Below, one piece after another: positions 19,149 through 29,819 of a stretch of DNA of 64,000 bases. Location of the stretch: IMG/VR virus record IMGVR_UViG_3300021964_000012, positions 1-64,000 of that record. One strand, 5' to 3'. The translations under genes and the position numbers were made by a program. The notes beneath the pieces were generated by a model that was not told the DNA's origin, did no database searches, and saw nothing but the letters and a program-made list of their open reading frames with translations. Numbering within the stretch: position 1 is the first letter of the stretch; every line of letters starts with the position of its first letter.

Positions 19149-20705
19149 ATGGCATATACCATTAACCTGACAGATGGTACAATATTTGCAGTAGTTGCAG
19201 ATGGTACTATCAATACAGATTCAAGCCAAACACTAGTTGGAAAAAACTATGCTGGATATGGAGAGTTCTTAGATGAGAACTTTATTAAACTACTTGAAAA
19301 TGCAGCCAACACTAGTGCACCAGGAGCACCATTAACAGGTCAGCTTTGGTATGATAAAACTAACAACATAATAAAAGTTTACAATGGTACAATATTTAAG
19401 TCATTATCAGGTGCCATAGCATCTACAAGTCAGCCAAGTTCAAATGTAGAAGGTGACTTGTGGTTTGATTCAACAAACGACCAGTTAAAAGTTTATAATG
19501 GATCAAGTTTTATCACTATTGGTCCTGCAAGCACAAGTGGACAAGGAACATCAGGTGCAATAGTAGCAACAATTACCGACAATCTTGCAGCAGATCATGT
19601 AATTGTACAAATGTATGTAAACAATGTTATCGTTTCAATATTCTCAAAAGACGCTACTTTTACTCCAGCAGTGGCTATTTCAGGATTTGCAACTATAGGC
19701 CCAGGTCTAAACATGAGTACCACAGTATCTAACGCAGTGTTCAACGGAACCGCAACAAACGCTGATACACTTGATACATTAAACTCAACTTCGTTTATGA
19801 GATCAGATGCTGCCACGAGCAACGACACAAGCATAAGTGTTCTGTCAGATACTGGTTTGTACATTGGTGCAGACAGTGACGGTCATATAAGTGTAAGCGG
19901 AACAGATGTAAGATTTGACAACGACACACAAGACGGTGATTTAATTTTCCGTGTCAATGATGGTGGTGTGGTAACCACTGCAATGACCATTGATGGTGCA
20001 ACATCAGTTGTAAACATTAACACAAGTGCAGTAGCAACTGGGAATATCACTGCCAATAATTTTGACACTGTTGGCCTTGTATCAGCTGGTAATATAACCG
20101 CAACAGGAGACGTGTTTGGAGCCACAGTGACCGCGAGTGGTAATGTAACTGGTGGCGCCTTAACTACAACTGGAAATGTAACTGCGTCGAATATGACAGT
20201 GGCTACTGGTGATGTAGCAGTTGGTAGTATTACAAACAACAATGCATCAGGAGTCGGAAACATTGGAAGTGCAAGTGTTGCATTTAACACAGTCCATGCT
20301 CTTGCAACATCAGCACAATATGCTGATATGGCAGAACGTTTCCATGCAGACGCAGAGTATTCACCAGGCACAGTGGTTGAAATAGGTGGGGTAAATGAAG
20401 TTACAATATGTGACACAGAATTAAGCGATAAAGTATTTGGAGTAGTATCTGAACAACCAGCATATTTAATGAATGGTGGTGCAGGAACAAATGCTACACA
20501 TCCACCAATTGCAATGAGTGGACGAGTACCAGTCAATGTTATAGGTTTTGTCACAAAAGGTGACAGATTAGTCAGTGCAGGTAACGGATTAGCCAGAGCT
20601 GGAAACTTGGACGAGCTTTCAAGTTTCAATGTAATTGGACGTGCATTAGAGAACAAAACAAAAGGAGAAATTGGCACTGTAGAGGCTATTGTAAAGATAG
20701 TGTAA
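19149..20705 (+). CDS. Tail fibre/spike-like protein with C-terminal intramolecular chaperone (peptidase G2-like)
   Basis: GQLWYD/GDLWFD repeats at the N-terminus, G/T/N/A-rich shaft, ADMAERF..PGTVV..KVFGVVS..PAYLMN..GRVPV C-terminus; SD GGAG; TAAATA and TAAGTA upstream. Confidence 0.75.
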   Translation: MAYTINLTDGTIFAVVADGTINTDSSQTLVGKNYAGYGEFLDENFIKLLENAANTSAPGAPLTGQLWYDKTNNIIKVYNGTIFKSLSGAIASTSQPSSNVEGDLWFDSTNDQLKVYNGSSFITIGPASTSGQGTSGAIVATITDNLAADHVIVQMYVNNVIVSIFSKDATFTPAVAISGFATIGPGLNMSTTVSNAVFNGTATNADTLDTLNSTSFMRSDAATSNDTSISVLSDTGLYIGADSDGHISVSGTDVRFDNDTQDGDLIFRVNDGGVVTTAMTIDGATSVVNINTSAVATGNITANNFDTVGLVSAGNITATGDVFGATVTASGNVTGGALTTTGNVTASNMTVATGDVAVGSITNNNASGVGNIGSASVAFNTVHALATSAQYADMAERFHADAEYSPGTVVEIGGVNEVTICDTELSDKVFGVVSEQPAYLMNGGAGTNATHPPIAMSGRVPVNVIGFVTKGDRLVSAGNGLARAGNLDELSSFNVIGRALENKTKGEIGTVEAIVKIV

Positions 20706-20854
20706 AAATAATAAATATATTGATATCCAGCTATAGCAAAAAAAAATTTATGACGTGGATGAAAATCTAAACTAATAAAACTGCAAAGATATATAACGCA
20801 GGACGCCATAAGCAATAGCGTATAATAAAATACTAATACAAAGGAAAAAACAAA

Positions 20855-21766
20855 ATGACATATAGCTCAGGAAATACCATCTTAGATGATGACTATAATG
20901 GATTCAAAGATGATATAAACACAATCTGGAGCACCGGATCAGGCGATTCTGGATATGGTCAAAGTGCAGTATCAGCAGTAAGTGCAGGATCAACTATAAC
21001 TGCAACACAATGGGGCAGTTTGTTAACACCAATGACAAGTGCTGGTGCACATCAAAACACAAGTTTATCACCCATAGGAAATCCAAGTGCGGGAGATACA
21101 ATACAGGCTTACACAACACTAGCAAGTAATATTACGGCTATTACAAATGGTCGTTTGGATGCCAACGCTAGTGGCACAGACGCCAGTGCAACTACTACAA
21201 CAACCAGTGCATGGAGTGCTTCTGCAACTACATCAAAAACCATAACATTTGCCAGTGCAAACCAACTGCGTTATTTTTTCAACGCTGGTGGTATGATAAG
21301 AATGAGTTTTTCACGCTCAGGTGGTTCTAGTAACACACAAAACACCAGTTGGACAAACCTACTTACTGCAACAGGTACTATTGTTGCAACAGGATCAGCT
21401 GCTAGTAGAAATGTTGCTGGAGTAATCTACACAGGCACTACAAAAATTGGCGGATCAGGCACAGAGGACACTCTAAATACTGCTTACGGTGCAGTAACAA
21501 ACTATACCGGAACAGCAACAACAATTTTGAAAAAATTTACAACTACCTATCTATACACCAGTAACTTTATTGAAATAAAGGCAAGTGTATCAGGATCTGT
21601 CATCACATTTGCAGTTACCTTAGATGATAACGATAGCACAATTGGAACTGATCAGGTAGACGGTACACTAACAATGACAACAGTTGTACGTCCACCATCA
21701 ACAGCCAATCTAAGTGACAGTTGGGGAACAGTAAGTCAGAACAGTGCAACGTGGTCATTAACATAA
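20855..21766 (+). CDS. Virion structural protein (S/T/G-rich)
   Basis: 303-aa ORF, SD AAGGA, low-complexity fibre-like composition, follows the tail fibre. Confidence 0.6.
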   Translation: MTYSSGNTILDDDYNGFKDDINTIWSTGSGDSGYGQSAVSAVSAGSTITATQWGSLLTPMTSAGAHQNTSLSPIGNPSAGDTIQAYTTLASNITAITNGRLDANASGTDASATTTTTSAWSASATTSKTITFASANQLRYFFNAGGMIRMSFSRSGGSSNTQNTSWTNLLTATGTIVATGSAASRNVAGVIYTGTTKIGGSGTEDTLNTAYGAVTNYTGTATTILKKFTTTYLYTSNFIEIKASVSGSVITFAVTLDDNDSTIGTDQVDGTLTMTTVVRPPSTANLSDSWGTVSQNSATWSLT

Positions 21767-21812
21767 AATTTAAAAATTAAACCATACAATAGTTTGCATA
21801 CTAATTAACAGT

Positions 21813-22115
21813 ATGCAAACAGATCAACTTTCCCAAAATATTAAAACAAGATTTAACCATCAACAAGCAAGGACTATTTTGCGTGAAACCTATCAGGCCA
21901 AGATGGTTTTTGCACACAATGGCGGCATGTGGCGTGCATCACCTGAACTGATTGTGTTGTGCAATTCGTGCGAAGGCACTGTTGTGCTAGAAGACATATA
22001 CAATACTCCAGTTAGTGTCGATAGCAATGAATTATGTGACTTAGCAAAACAACGCTGGCAAGAACAAATGAATGCTTGGCAAGCAGAATACAAAGAAATC
22101 TCAAAAAATCGATGA
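21813..22115 (+). CDS. Hypothetical protein (possible fibre-assembly factor)
   Basis: 100 aa; TAATTA 5 nt before ATG; stop overlaps the next start. Confidence 0.55.
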   Translation: MQTDQLSQNIKTRFNHQQARTILRETYQAKMVFAHNGGMWRASPELIVLCNSCEGTVVLEDIYNTPVSVDSNELCDLAKQRWQEQMNAWQAEYKEISKNR

Positions 22116-22906
22116 CAGTTGGTGCTTTGATTTTTGCTTTTGATAGCGAGATATCTTACACTAGATTGGCAATGGAATGTGCAAGTCGTGTAATCAAATA
22201 TCTTGATATTCCTGTCACGCTTGTAACGGACAAACACATTGACACAGACGTGTTTGAAAAACAAATCATTGTTGACAGAGGTGCTGATACCAATCGTCGA
22301 TTTTTTGTTGATAGACAATCATCTACAACTTGGTATAATTTTGGAAGATATCGTGCTTTAGAATTGTCGCCATACACCAGAACACTGCTCATTGACAGTG
22401 ACTATATGATCAACAATGATGCACTGCTACCATTTTTTACAAGCTCACAACCTTTTTTGTGTCATAGATCAGTACAGAGTATACATCATGCTAAATCAAG
22501 AATAGAAAAGTTTGGTACCAAAAACACAAACATGTGGTGGGCCACTGTGGTTATATTTGAAAAAAGCAATAGTTTCACAGAAGATGTGTTTACAGTTTGG
22601 AAAATGGTCCAAGAAAATTATAAACACTATGCTGAACTTTTTGGTTTTAGTACAAAACAGTTTAGAAATGACTATGCACTAAGCATTGCTCTTTTATTGT
22701 GCAACGGAAATCTACATCCAACACAGTGTGAAATTCCGTGGCCTTTGTTAAATGTTGATACTGATGTAAAAGTAAGTTATATGGACAACACCTGGTGGAT
22801 CGAGTACCAAGAAAAAAATAACAATAAAAAAATATGTGTGAAAAACAATGATTTACACGTGATGTGTAAAACTTATCTAGAAGAATTATATGCAATACCA
22901 AGCTGA
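22112..22906 (+). CDS. Glycosyltransferase, GT8-like (GT-A fold)
   Basis: ALELSPYTRTLLIDSDY (DxD), FRNDYALSIA, LHVMCK; start reassigned to MTVG at 22112 (ATGA overlap). Confidence 0.7.
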   Translation: MTVGALIFAFDSEISYTRLAMECASRVIKYLDIPVTLVTDKHIDTDVFEKQIIVDRGADTNRRFFVDRQSSTTWYNFGRYRALELSPYTRTLLIDSDYMINNDALLPFFTSSQPFLCHRSVQSIHHAKSRIEKFGTKNTNMWWATVVIFEKSNSFTEDVFTVWKMVQENYKHYAELFGFSTKQFRNDYALSIALLLCNGNLHPTQCEIPWPLLNVDTDVKVSYMDNTWWIEYQEKNNNKKICVKNNDLHVMCKTYLEELYAIPS

Positions 22907-23669
22907 AAAAGGATACATGATAGTTGCTGGTCTCGACGAGCAAGTAGACTATTTGACATGTGCTATCACTCTGGCACGAAGTATAAAATACTGGCACAAA
23001 GATGCAAAGGTATGTTTACTTACAGATGTTGAAAACTATCAAAACAGTGTATTTGACTATGTGGTAAATTTTCCTTATGGAAATACTGGCGGCTGGACCA
23101 CAGATTGGCAAGTGTTTGATGCAAGCCCTTTCCATGAAACTGTCAAACTAGAGGCAGATATGCTGGTAAGTGGTCCAATTGATCACTGGTGGACACTGTT
23201 CAGGAACAAACCTGTCTGGATTTCCTCAGGCTGCAGAGACTTTCATGGTCAAACTGCAAAAAATCGACACTATCGCAAAATCTTTGATCAGAATAACCTT
23301 CCAGATGTTTATAATGCCATAACATATTGGAGAGTGAGCAGAGAAGCACAAAACTTTTTTTATCAGACAAGGCAAATCTTTGAACAATGGGATTCAGTAA
23401 AAACTATGATACAGGGTGCTCAAGACGAAATAGCCAGCACAGATCTAGTTTATGCTTTGGGTGCAGATGAATTTGTTACACCTGGTGTAGGTCCGCAGAT
23501 TGTTCATATGAAGTCGCACATAATTGGAACCAGTGCAGAAGATTGGAGTAAAGAACTAGTTTGGGAAGTGATTGATGGAGTGTTACGTATCAACGGACAT
23601 AATCAAACTGGAATCGTACACTATAATCAAAAACACCTAGCCAAAAATTTTGGAGACTATTATGGATGA
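22890..23669 (+). CDS. Glycosyltransferase, GT8-like paralog
   Basis: KGYMIVA..DYLTCAITLARSIK, ASPFHETVKLEADM, STDLVYALG, VHY. Confidence 0.7.
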   Translation: MQYQAEKGYMIVAGLDEQVDYLTCAITLARSIKYWHKDAKVCLLTDVENYQNSVFDYVVNFPYGNTGGWTTDWQVFDASPFHETVKLEADMLVSGPIDHWWTLFRNKPVWISSGCRDFHGQTAKNRHYRKIFDQNNLPDVYNAITYWRVSREAQNFFYQTRQIFEQWDSVKTMIQGAQDEIASTDLVYALGADEFVTPGVGPQIVHMKSHIIGTSAEDWSKELVWEVIDGVLRINGHNQTGIVHYNQKHLAKNFGDYYG

Positions 23670-24009
23670 AGATGTATTTGCAATTTTTAATCGTTTGATA
23701 GCCGATATAGAAAAAAATAAGGTTGACTATGAGTACAGATTATACTATAATAAAGAAACATGTGAGCCTCTTTTTTATACCATGGATGATAAATCTCAAG
23801 GTGATTATATTGTAGTCTCGAAAGAACAATATACCGAAGGACGTTATGATGTCAGGATACGTAACGGCATTATTGAAAAATTAGTGGATGCCGAAGTTTG
23901 GACCAAACTTGTACCAAGCAATGAAGGAACAACTACTAGAGCAGACAACGTGATGATTATAGATCAAAATGGTTCATTTAAATGGAAAATTAAAAGCTAC
24001 TATCAATAA
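23650..24009 (+). CDS. Hypothetical protein
   Basis: 119-aa ORF coupled to the upstream gene. Confidence 0.6.
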   Translation: METIMDEDVFAIFNRLIADIEKNKVDYEYRLYYNKETCEPLFYTMDDKSQGDYIVVSKEQYTEGRYDVRIRNGIIEKLVDAEVWTKLVPSNEGTTTRADNVMIIDQNGSFKWKIKSYYQ

Positions 24010-24036
24010 TTAAGGTGCAGGGGAAAAGTAAAAACA

Positions 24037-24966
24037 ATGAACAAAACTGTTGACGTGGCTGATATAGATTGTGTATATTTAAGCTACGATGAACCCAAGA
24101 AAGAAGAATTTTGGGTAAAAATCCGCAACATAGTGCCATGGGCAAAACGTGTTGATGGAGTAAAAGGTTCAGACGCCGCACACAAAGCTGCCGCTGAAGC
24201 CAGTGATACAGAACGTTTTATATTGATTGATGGTGACAATCTACCTGAAGAAAATTTTTTCAACGAAACCTTAGAATACAAAACTGAACAATATGAACAT
24301 GCCGTATATAGATGGCGTGCCCGTAACGATATCAATGGATTGATGTACGGCAATGGTGGTATAAGCTCGTGGACAAAAACATTTGTACGTAACATGCGTA
24401 CACACGAAGCCTCAGAAGGTGCAGATGACACTGACGTTGAGTTTTGCTTTGATGATCTATATTGGCCAATGTACAACTGTTACTCAACTACATACCCCGG
24501 AGAAAGTGCAAAGCATGCTTTTCGTGCGGGCTTTAGAGAAGGCGTAAAAATGTGCCTTGATAGAGGTACAAAGCCTAGTGCAAGTGAATTCAAAGAACGT
24601 GTACACAACAGGAACTTGGACCATTTAACCATCTGGCACAATGTAGGCGCAGATACTGAACATGGATTGTGGGCAATTGCAGGATCAAGGTTAGGCACAT
24701 GGAAAACCATGCTCAGTGATTGGGATTACAAACAGGTGCAAGACTTTGCTTTACTTGAAGATATGTGGAATGATGTTAAACATATACCTCCTGGAGAACT
24801 TGTTACTATAAAGGCAGAAGATCTAGCAAGACAATTAGCACTTCCTATGAACATATATACTCCGATACAAAGTAAGTTTTTTAAACACCATTATAGAAGT
24901 AATTGGCACAACAAAACAATTATGACTCGCGAAATAGACATAATTAAACAACAAGAGGGTTGGTAA
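24037..24966 (+). CDS. GT-A-like glycosyltransferase
   Basis: DCVYLSYDEP..RVDGVKGSDAAHKAAA..FILIDGD; homologous to the C-terminal domain of 44248..46236. Confidence 0.65.
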   Translation: MNKTVDVADIDCVYLSYDEPKKEEFWVKIRNIVPWAKRVDGVKGSDAAHKAAAEASDTERFILIDGDNLPEENFFNETLEYKTEQYEHAVYRWRARNDINGLMYGNGGISSWTKTFVRNMRTHEASEGADDTDVEFCFDDLYWPMYNCYSTTYPGESAKHAFRAGFREGVKMCLDRGTKPSASEFKERVHNRNLDHLTIWHNVGADTEHGLWAIAGSRLGTWKTMLSDWDYKQVQDFALLEDMWNDVKHIPPGELVTIKAEDLARQLALPMNIYTPIQSKFFKHHYRSNWHNKTIMTREIDIIKQQEGW

Positions 24967-25503
24967 ATGCTAGAAGCAGTTAAATTAAATTATGATATAG
25001 ACATATTCACACGTGCAGATTATCAAGTACATAGTGGTAGCTGTATTAGTCATCAGGTACATGAATTGAAAGATATACACGAAAAATTTGGAGGCTTTCC
25101 AGATAGTTATGATATGGGTAATACTCTTATTAGACAACTATGGTGGACTAGAGAACAAGTAGACTTTGAAGAAATAGGAAAGCAATTGGGAATAGAGGTT
25201 GTAACGATAAGCAGTATTTTACAACCCCCAGGCAACATTATACCAGTACACCGAGATACATTCTTTCAAATTAAAAAAGCACATCCTGATGATACTAGAT
25301 TAAAAATAAGAGCAAATATATACTTGCAAGACTGGTCCATTGGTGAGTTTCTGCAATACGAAAAAGATAACGAATGGCATAATTCAACACATTGGAAAGC
25401 AGGCGAAGGTTGGATTTGGGATAGCGACCATTTACATCTAAGTGCTAATGCCGGAATGAGAGACAAATATACACTACAGGTAAGCGGTTTTTATATCAGA
25501 TGA
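24967..25503 (+). CDS. 2OG-Fe(II) oxygenase / cupin (Asp/Asn beta-hydroxylase-like)
   Basis: QPPGNIIPVHRD (HxD) ... WKAGEGWIWDSDHLHLSANAG (distal His). Confidence 0.7.
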   Translation: MLEAVKLNYDIDIFTRADYQVHSGSCISHQVHELKDIHEKFGGFPDSYDMGNTLIRQLWWTREQVDFEEIGKQLGIEVVTISSILQPPGNIIPVHRDTFFQIKKAHPDDTRLKIRANIYLQDWSIGEFLQYEKDNEWHNSTHWKAGEGWIWDSDHLHLSANAGMRDKYTLQVSGFYIR

Positions 25504-26510
25504 ATATTATTGTAAAAAGCAGTAATAACCATATCTGGAATCTTAATGAAATATATTCTAATATTGATACTGCTATGCTTCATAATCAAGATATTACTCT
25601 CGACTTAAACTACGAAGGTCCTGATATTTCGAATACTGAGCTCGAAAATTATATTATGCACTGTGCAAATTTACACAATTATAATCCATCAAGGATATCG
25701 GTACAAACTTCAAATCAAGTACAGAAACATGACGTTTTTAAAATTGATATACACTCGCCAATTTATATAAAAGAAATTGCAAAAGAATACGAACACACTT
25801 ATGACAAAGATATTATTAAACATTTTGGTATGTTTATAGGAAGAAGTAATGCACCAAGACTTGACTTAGCAAGTTACTTATATTATGCTGGATTTCGTGA
25901 TCAAAGTTATCTTACATACCATTATAATGTGCAAAGCCAATATCATAGAGAAAATATAGGTATTGAAGAATTGTTAATTGACTTTAACCACACAGATTTA
26001 GATATTCCGGCACTTTTTTTAAACAAATGTCCAATTGCAAGTGCTATAGTTGAGCCACAAACAAACATAGATTTATGTCATTGTCAACAGTTATTACAAA
26101 ACGATAATAAAAATTTCTTACAAAATTATCATAACTTTTTTGTTGAAATTGTTTGCGAAACCTGTTATACTGGTAATACGTTTTTCCCAACAGAAAAAAC
26201 TTGGCGACCAATATTACTTAAAACTCCTTTTATTATACAAGGACCACAATGGTACTTGCACAGATTAAAAGATATGGGTTTTAAAACATTCAGTGATTGG
26301 TGGGACGAAGGTTACAGCGAAGATCCTGCTTCTTGGCAACCTACAGAAATTAAAAAAGTTATAAGTTCTATTAGTGAACTAGGGATTACTAACTTACAAG
26401 AAATGTATAGAGAAATGCAGCCAGTACTTGAACATAATAAAAAAAGGTTTTTAGAACTTACGAGCAACGATTTTGACATATTTAAAAATGACAAATATCA
26501 AACAAAATAA
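25500..26510 (+). CDS. TEK-motif (GT10-like) putative glycosyltransferase 1
   Basis: VEIVCET..FPTEKTWRPI..PFIIQG..LKDMGFKTF..WWDEGY. Confidence 0.55.
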   Translation: MNIIVKSSNNHIWNLNEIYSNIDTAMLHNQDITLDLNYEGPDISNTELENYIMHCANLHNYNPSRISVQTSNQVQKHDVFKIDIHSPIYIKEIAKEYEHTYDKDIIKHFGMFIGRSNAPRLDLASYLYYAGFRDQSYLTYHYNVQSQYHRENIGIEELLIDFNHTDLDIPALFLNKCPIASAIVEPQTNIDLCHCQQLLQNDNKNFLQNYHNFFVEIVCETCYTGNTFFPTEKTWRPILLKTPFIIQGPQWYLHRLKDMGFKTFSDWWDEGYSEDPASWQPTEIKKVISSISELGITNLQEMYREMQPVLEHNKKRFLELTSNDFDIFKNDKYQTK

Positions 26511-27927
26511 AGGTGATGGTGTTGATGAGAACTTCAAAAGTGATTTCTTATCAGATGCAGAACGTGCTGAACAAAAGTTAAATACTGTATCACCAAGTTT
26601 TTGTTTAGCTAAATGGAAGCAACTTAGTTTGCATTTAACAACTGGTATGAATAATAGTTGTTATCATCCTCCATTGCATAGGGCAGATGCAAACGCAATC
26701 AGAGACAATCCTAGTGCATTGCATAACACAGAACACAAAAAACAACAACGTAAATTGATGTTGGAAGGTACGCGACCCACTGAGTGTAGTTACTGCTGGG
26801 CTATGGAAGACAATGGTAAACTCAGTGACAGACACTATCGTTCAGGTGAGCCTTGGGCAATTAAAGACTTTGAAACTATAAAAAATTCTTCATGGGATCA
26901 AGATATTACTCCTAGTTATGTTGAAGTAGATTTTAATAGTGCATGTAATCTCAGTTGCAGTTATTGTTCTCCCCAGTATAGTTCAACATGGATGAAAGAA
27001 ACACAACGTGAAGGTGCATGGCCAACATCAACACCACACAATGATCCTAGTCACTTTGTAGGAGAACGCAGGCCCATACCTGCAAGAGAACACAATCCAT
27101 ATGTAGAAGCATTTTGGGAGTGGTGGCCTACACTTTATCCAGAACTTGAACATTTTAGAATGACCGGTGGCGAACCAATGATGGATAAAAACACATATCG
27201 TGTTTTTGATTACGTGCTACAAAATCCTTCGCAAAAGTTACATTTAAGTACAACTTCAAATTTCAGTGTAGAAGAAAAACTTTGGCAACGTTACAAAGCA
27301 TATGTCACTATGCTTTGCGAAAGTCCAGGTACAGTTGAACATTTTATGCAATATGTGAGTCTGGACGGTATGTTTAAGCCAGCAGAATACATGCGTCATG
27401 GTTTAGATTTTAATTTGCTCTGGGATCGAGTAAATCAATTTTTGAACGACATACCAGAACGCAGTAGTATCACTTTTATAATTACTATGAATAATCTTAG
27501 TGTAACCACACTGAAGAATCTGTTTGCTGGTATACTTGGACTTAGGCAAATATACAGTAACACCTATCAACGTGTATGGTTTGATACACCTGTACTACGT
27601 ACACCTACCTGGCAGAGTTTGCAGTTATTGCCAGAAAGTTATGTATATGAACTTGAGCTTTGCAAGACGTGGATGAATGATCAATTAGAAAAACCTGAAA
27701 CACGTTTTAAAGGATTTAAAGATTACGAAGTTAACAGGCTAGACAGAGACATTGCTTGGATGCGTAACGGACAACATCTCGATCCTGTCTATATTAACAA
27801 AAACAAAGCAGACTTCTACAGGTTTTTTAACGAACACGATAGACGTAGAGGCACAGACTTTTTAAAAACTTTTCCTGAAATGTCATCTTGGTGGGAAGAG
27901 TGCAAATATTTGGCTAGTAAACAATAA
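26488..27927 (+). CDS. Radical SAM enzyme with N-terminal SPASM/twitch-like module (subfamily A)
   Basis: CLAKW..SCYHP..CSYCW; CNLSCSYC (CxxxCxxC); TGGEP; start at 26488 or 26473. Confidence 0.85.
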   Translation: MTNIKQNKGDGVDENFKSDFLSDAERAEQKLNTVSPSFCLAKWKQLSLHLTTGMNNSCYHPPLHRADANAIRDNPSALHNTEHKKQQRKLMLEGTRPTECSYCWAMEDNGKLSDRHYRSGEPWAIKDFETIKNSSWDQDITPSYVEVDFNSACNLSCSYCSPQYSSTWMKETQREGAWPTSTPHNDPSHFVGERRPIPAREHNPYVEAFWEWWPTLYPELEHFRMTGGEPMMDKNTYRVFDYVLQNPSQKLHLSTTSNFSVEEKLWQRYKAYVTMLCESPGTVEHFMQYVSLDGMFKPAEYMRHGLDFNLLWDRVNQFLNDIPERSSITFIITMNNLSVTTLKNLFAGILGLRQIYSNTYQRVWFDTPVLRTPTWQSLQLLPESYVYELELCKTWMNDQLEKPETRFKGFKDYEVNRLDRDIAWMRNGQHLDPVYINKNKADFYRFFNEHDRRRGTDFLKTFPEMSSWWEECKYLASKQ

Positions 27928-27942
27928 GCGATAACTACATTT

Positions 27943-28776
27943 ATGAAAGTTATAGTTACAGGATCCGGTGGTTTCTTAGGAAGCCACACAGTAAAATATT
28001 TCCGCAATAAAGGTCACGAAGTCACTGCATTTACACAAGATGTACGTCGTAACCTGCCTTACGAAAACTTTGATTGTTTGTGTCATTTTGCTGCCTATGT
28101 TGGTGGACGTAAAGGTATTGATAATAATAAATGGCTTATTACTGAAAATATAGAAATTGATAGAATTACATTTAGATGGGCTGAAGAATGGTGTAAGAAA
28201 ATAATCTATCCTAGCAGTTGTGCGGCCTATCCTCTGCACCTACAAGAAATGCCTGACACACCGATGCAAGAAGAACAGTTTGGAAGTAGTAAAACTTTTG
28301 ACATATACGGGCTTGCTAAAGTTGTTGCAGAAAGTATGCTTAAAACATTACACATTCCTGTACACGTCATGCGACCTTTTAGCATATACGGCCCTGGACA
28401 AGACTTGGATTATCCGATACCTGCAATAATACAAAGAGCAAAGAAAGGTGAGTGTAGTGTGTGGGGAAGTGGTACACAAACAAGAGACTGGGTTTACATA
28501 GATGATGCACTGAAAATATTTGAATACCTACTACACAAACAAGAATCTACTACAGTAAATATTGCAACAGGCAAAGCAATAACATTCAAAGAAATAGCAG
28601 AAACAGTATATAAGTTAATGCATGGTGTAAAAATTCCTGTGAAGACACAAACAGACCAACCCGAAGGTGCTGGACATAGGGTTGGTAGCACTGAGCGTAT
28701 GAGCAGTCTTGGGCTGAGATGTGATATACCAATTGAATACGGAATTAGAAAGATGATCGAATGGTCACAAGAATAG
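27943..28776 (+). CDS. NAD-dependent epimerase/dehydratase
   Basis: TGSGGFLG, YGLAK (YxxxK), YGPGQ, TRDWVYIDD; TAACTA 5 nt before ATG. Confidence 0.9.
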   Translation: MKVIVTGSGGFLGSHTVKYFRNKGHEVTAFTQDVRRNLPYENFDCLCHFAAYVGGRKGIDNNKWLITENIEIDRITFRWAEEWCKKIIYPSSCAAYPLHLQEMPDTPMQEEQFGSSKTFDIYGLAKVVAESMLKTLHIPVHVMRPFSIYGPGQDLDYPIPAIIQRAKKGECSVWGSGTQTRDWVYIDDALKIFEYLLHKQESTTVNIATGKAITFKEIAETVYKLMHGVKIPVKTQTDQPEGAGHRVGSTERMSSLGLRCDIPIEYGIRKMIEWSQE

Positions 28777-29819
28777 GCACACACTTTCCTTTAGATTGGG
28801 CTTATGGAAAAGATGAATTATATATCTTTGATAAAACGCACAGTCAAATTGATAAAAAGTTTCCAAATCAGCGTAACTTGTTAATTAATACCACATGGTT
28901 TGGCAGTCAATTTGGTGATAATAACGACTGCTGGACAGAAGCGATGAATTTAGAAGGTAAATTTACTAATCTATTTTTATTATGTATTATTGATCCAATA
29001 TATCTTTTTGAAGAAGATCTAGAAAAAATAATAAACAAGTACAATATTAAAAACATATATCGAATCGGAATGTTCGAAGGTGAAGCAATGGAATGGAACT
29101 TTCATGCACTTATTGCCAACGACCGCATGCCTGAATATAAGGAAGAAGAGGTATTAATGCAAAGTGCAGACTTTGCGTATATGCTATATCAAAGAAAACC
29201 AAGACTGCATCGAGTTGAAATTACCAATATTTTAAGAGAACAACCGCATCTGTTAGAACGTGGTATTGTTACATTAGGTGGAGTAGCAAAAGATGGAACA
29301 GATTGGCACCAAGGTCTTGAAGTTATTCCAATGACAATAGATGATCTACCGTCGGCATACAAGCAGACAGACGGAGATGATGACGATCATGCTGGAGTTC
29401 CAAATGATCTTGTAACAATTGGACGCCTTGATTTGTGGCAAAACCATTTTTTAAATGTGGTAAGCGAAACAGAATTTGACGAATGGAAACCTGTGTTTAT
29501 GACAGAAAAAATTTGGAAGCCAATGATAGGACTACGTCCGTTTCATGTGCATGGTAATCCAAGATCTTATCAATGGTTAAGAGACAGAGGATTTCGAACA
29601 TTTAATCATTATTGGAAACATTTGCCGGTTGAGACAATTACAGAAGAATACGGTCAACATAATGCACTAATGGATGTAATAAATTATCTAGTGGATATGC
29701 CAAGATTAGAAATAGAACAAATGTACCTTGACATGTTACCAGATTTGCGTTATAATAAAGCTCGCCTTAAAGAATTTAGTAAAGAACAAAAATATAAAAT
29801 GGAGAACTTGTTTGCCTAA
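28761..29819 (+). CDS. TEK-motif putative glycosyltransferase 2
   Basis: FLNVVSET..MTEKIWKPMIGLRPF..LRDRGFRTF. Confidence 0.55.
   Translation: MVTRIGTHFPLDWAYGKDELYIFDKTHSQIDKKFPNQRNLLINTTWFGSQFGDNNDCWTEAMNLEGKFTNLFLLCIIDPIYLFEEDLEKIINKYNIKNIYRIGMFEGEAMEWNFHALIANDRMPEYKEEEVLMQSADFAYMLYQRKPRLHRVEITNILREQPHLLERGIVTLGGVAKDGTDWHQGLEVIPMTIDDLPSAYKQTDGDDDDHAGVPNDLVTIGRLDLWQNHFLNVVSETEFDEWKPVFMTEKIWKPMIGLRPFHVHGNPRSYQWLRDRGFRTFNHYWKHLPVETITEEYGQHNALMDVINYLVDMPRLEIEQMYLDMLPDLRYNKARLKEFSKEQKYKMENLFA

Noticed and set aside
19883-20815. 310-aa minus-strand ORF
   Set aside because: Antisense shadow of the low-complexity tail-fibre gene; no motif or RBS. The same applies to the many short antisense ORFs over the structural and enzyme genes.
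20808-20826. Imperfect hairpin ACGCCAT-aagca-ATAGCGT before the 303-aa gene
   Set aside because: Short, one mismatch, no U-tract; insufficient to call a terminator
29728-29811. ORF-track starts upstream of the true starts (also 22076, 40174, 49280, 55627, 57471, 61917)
   Set aside because: Extensions overlap neighbouring genes or a tRNA; downstream starts have an SD, a late motif or stop-start coupling
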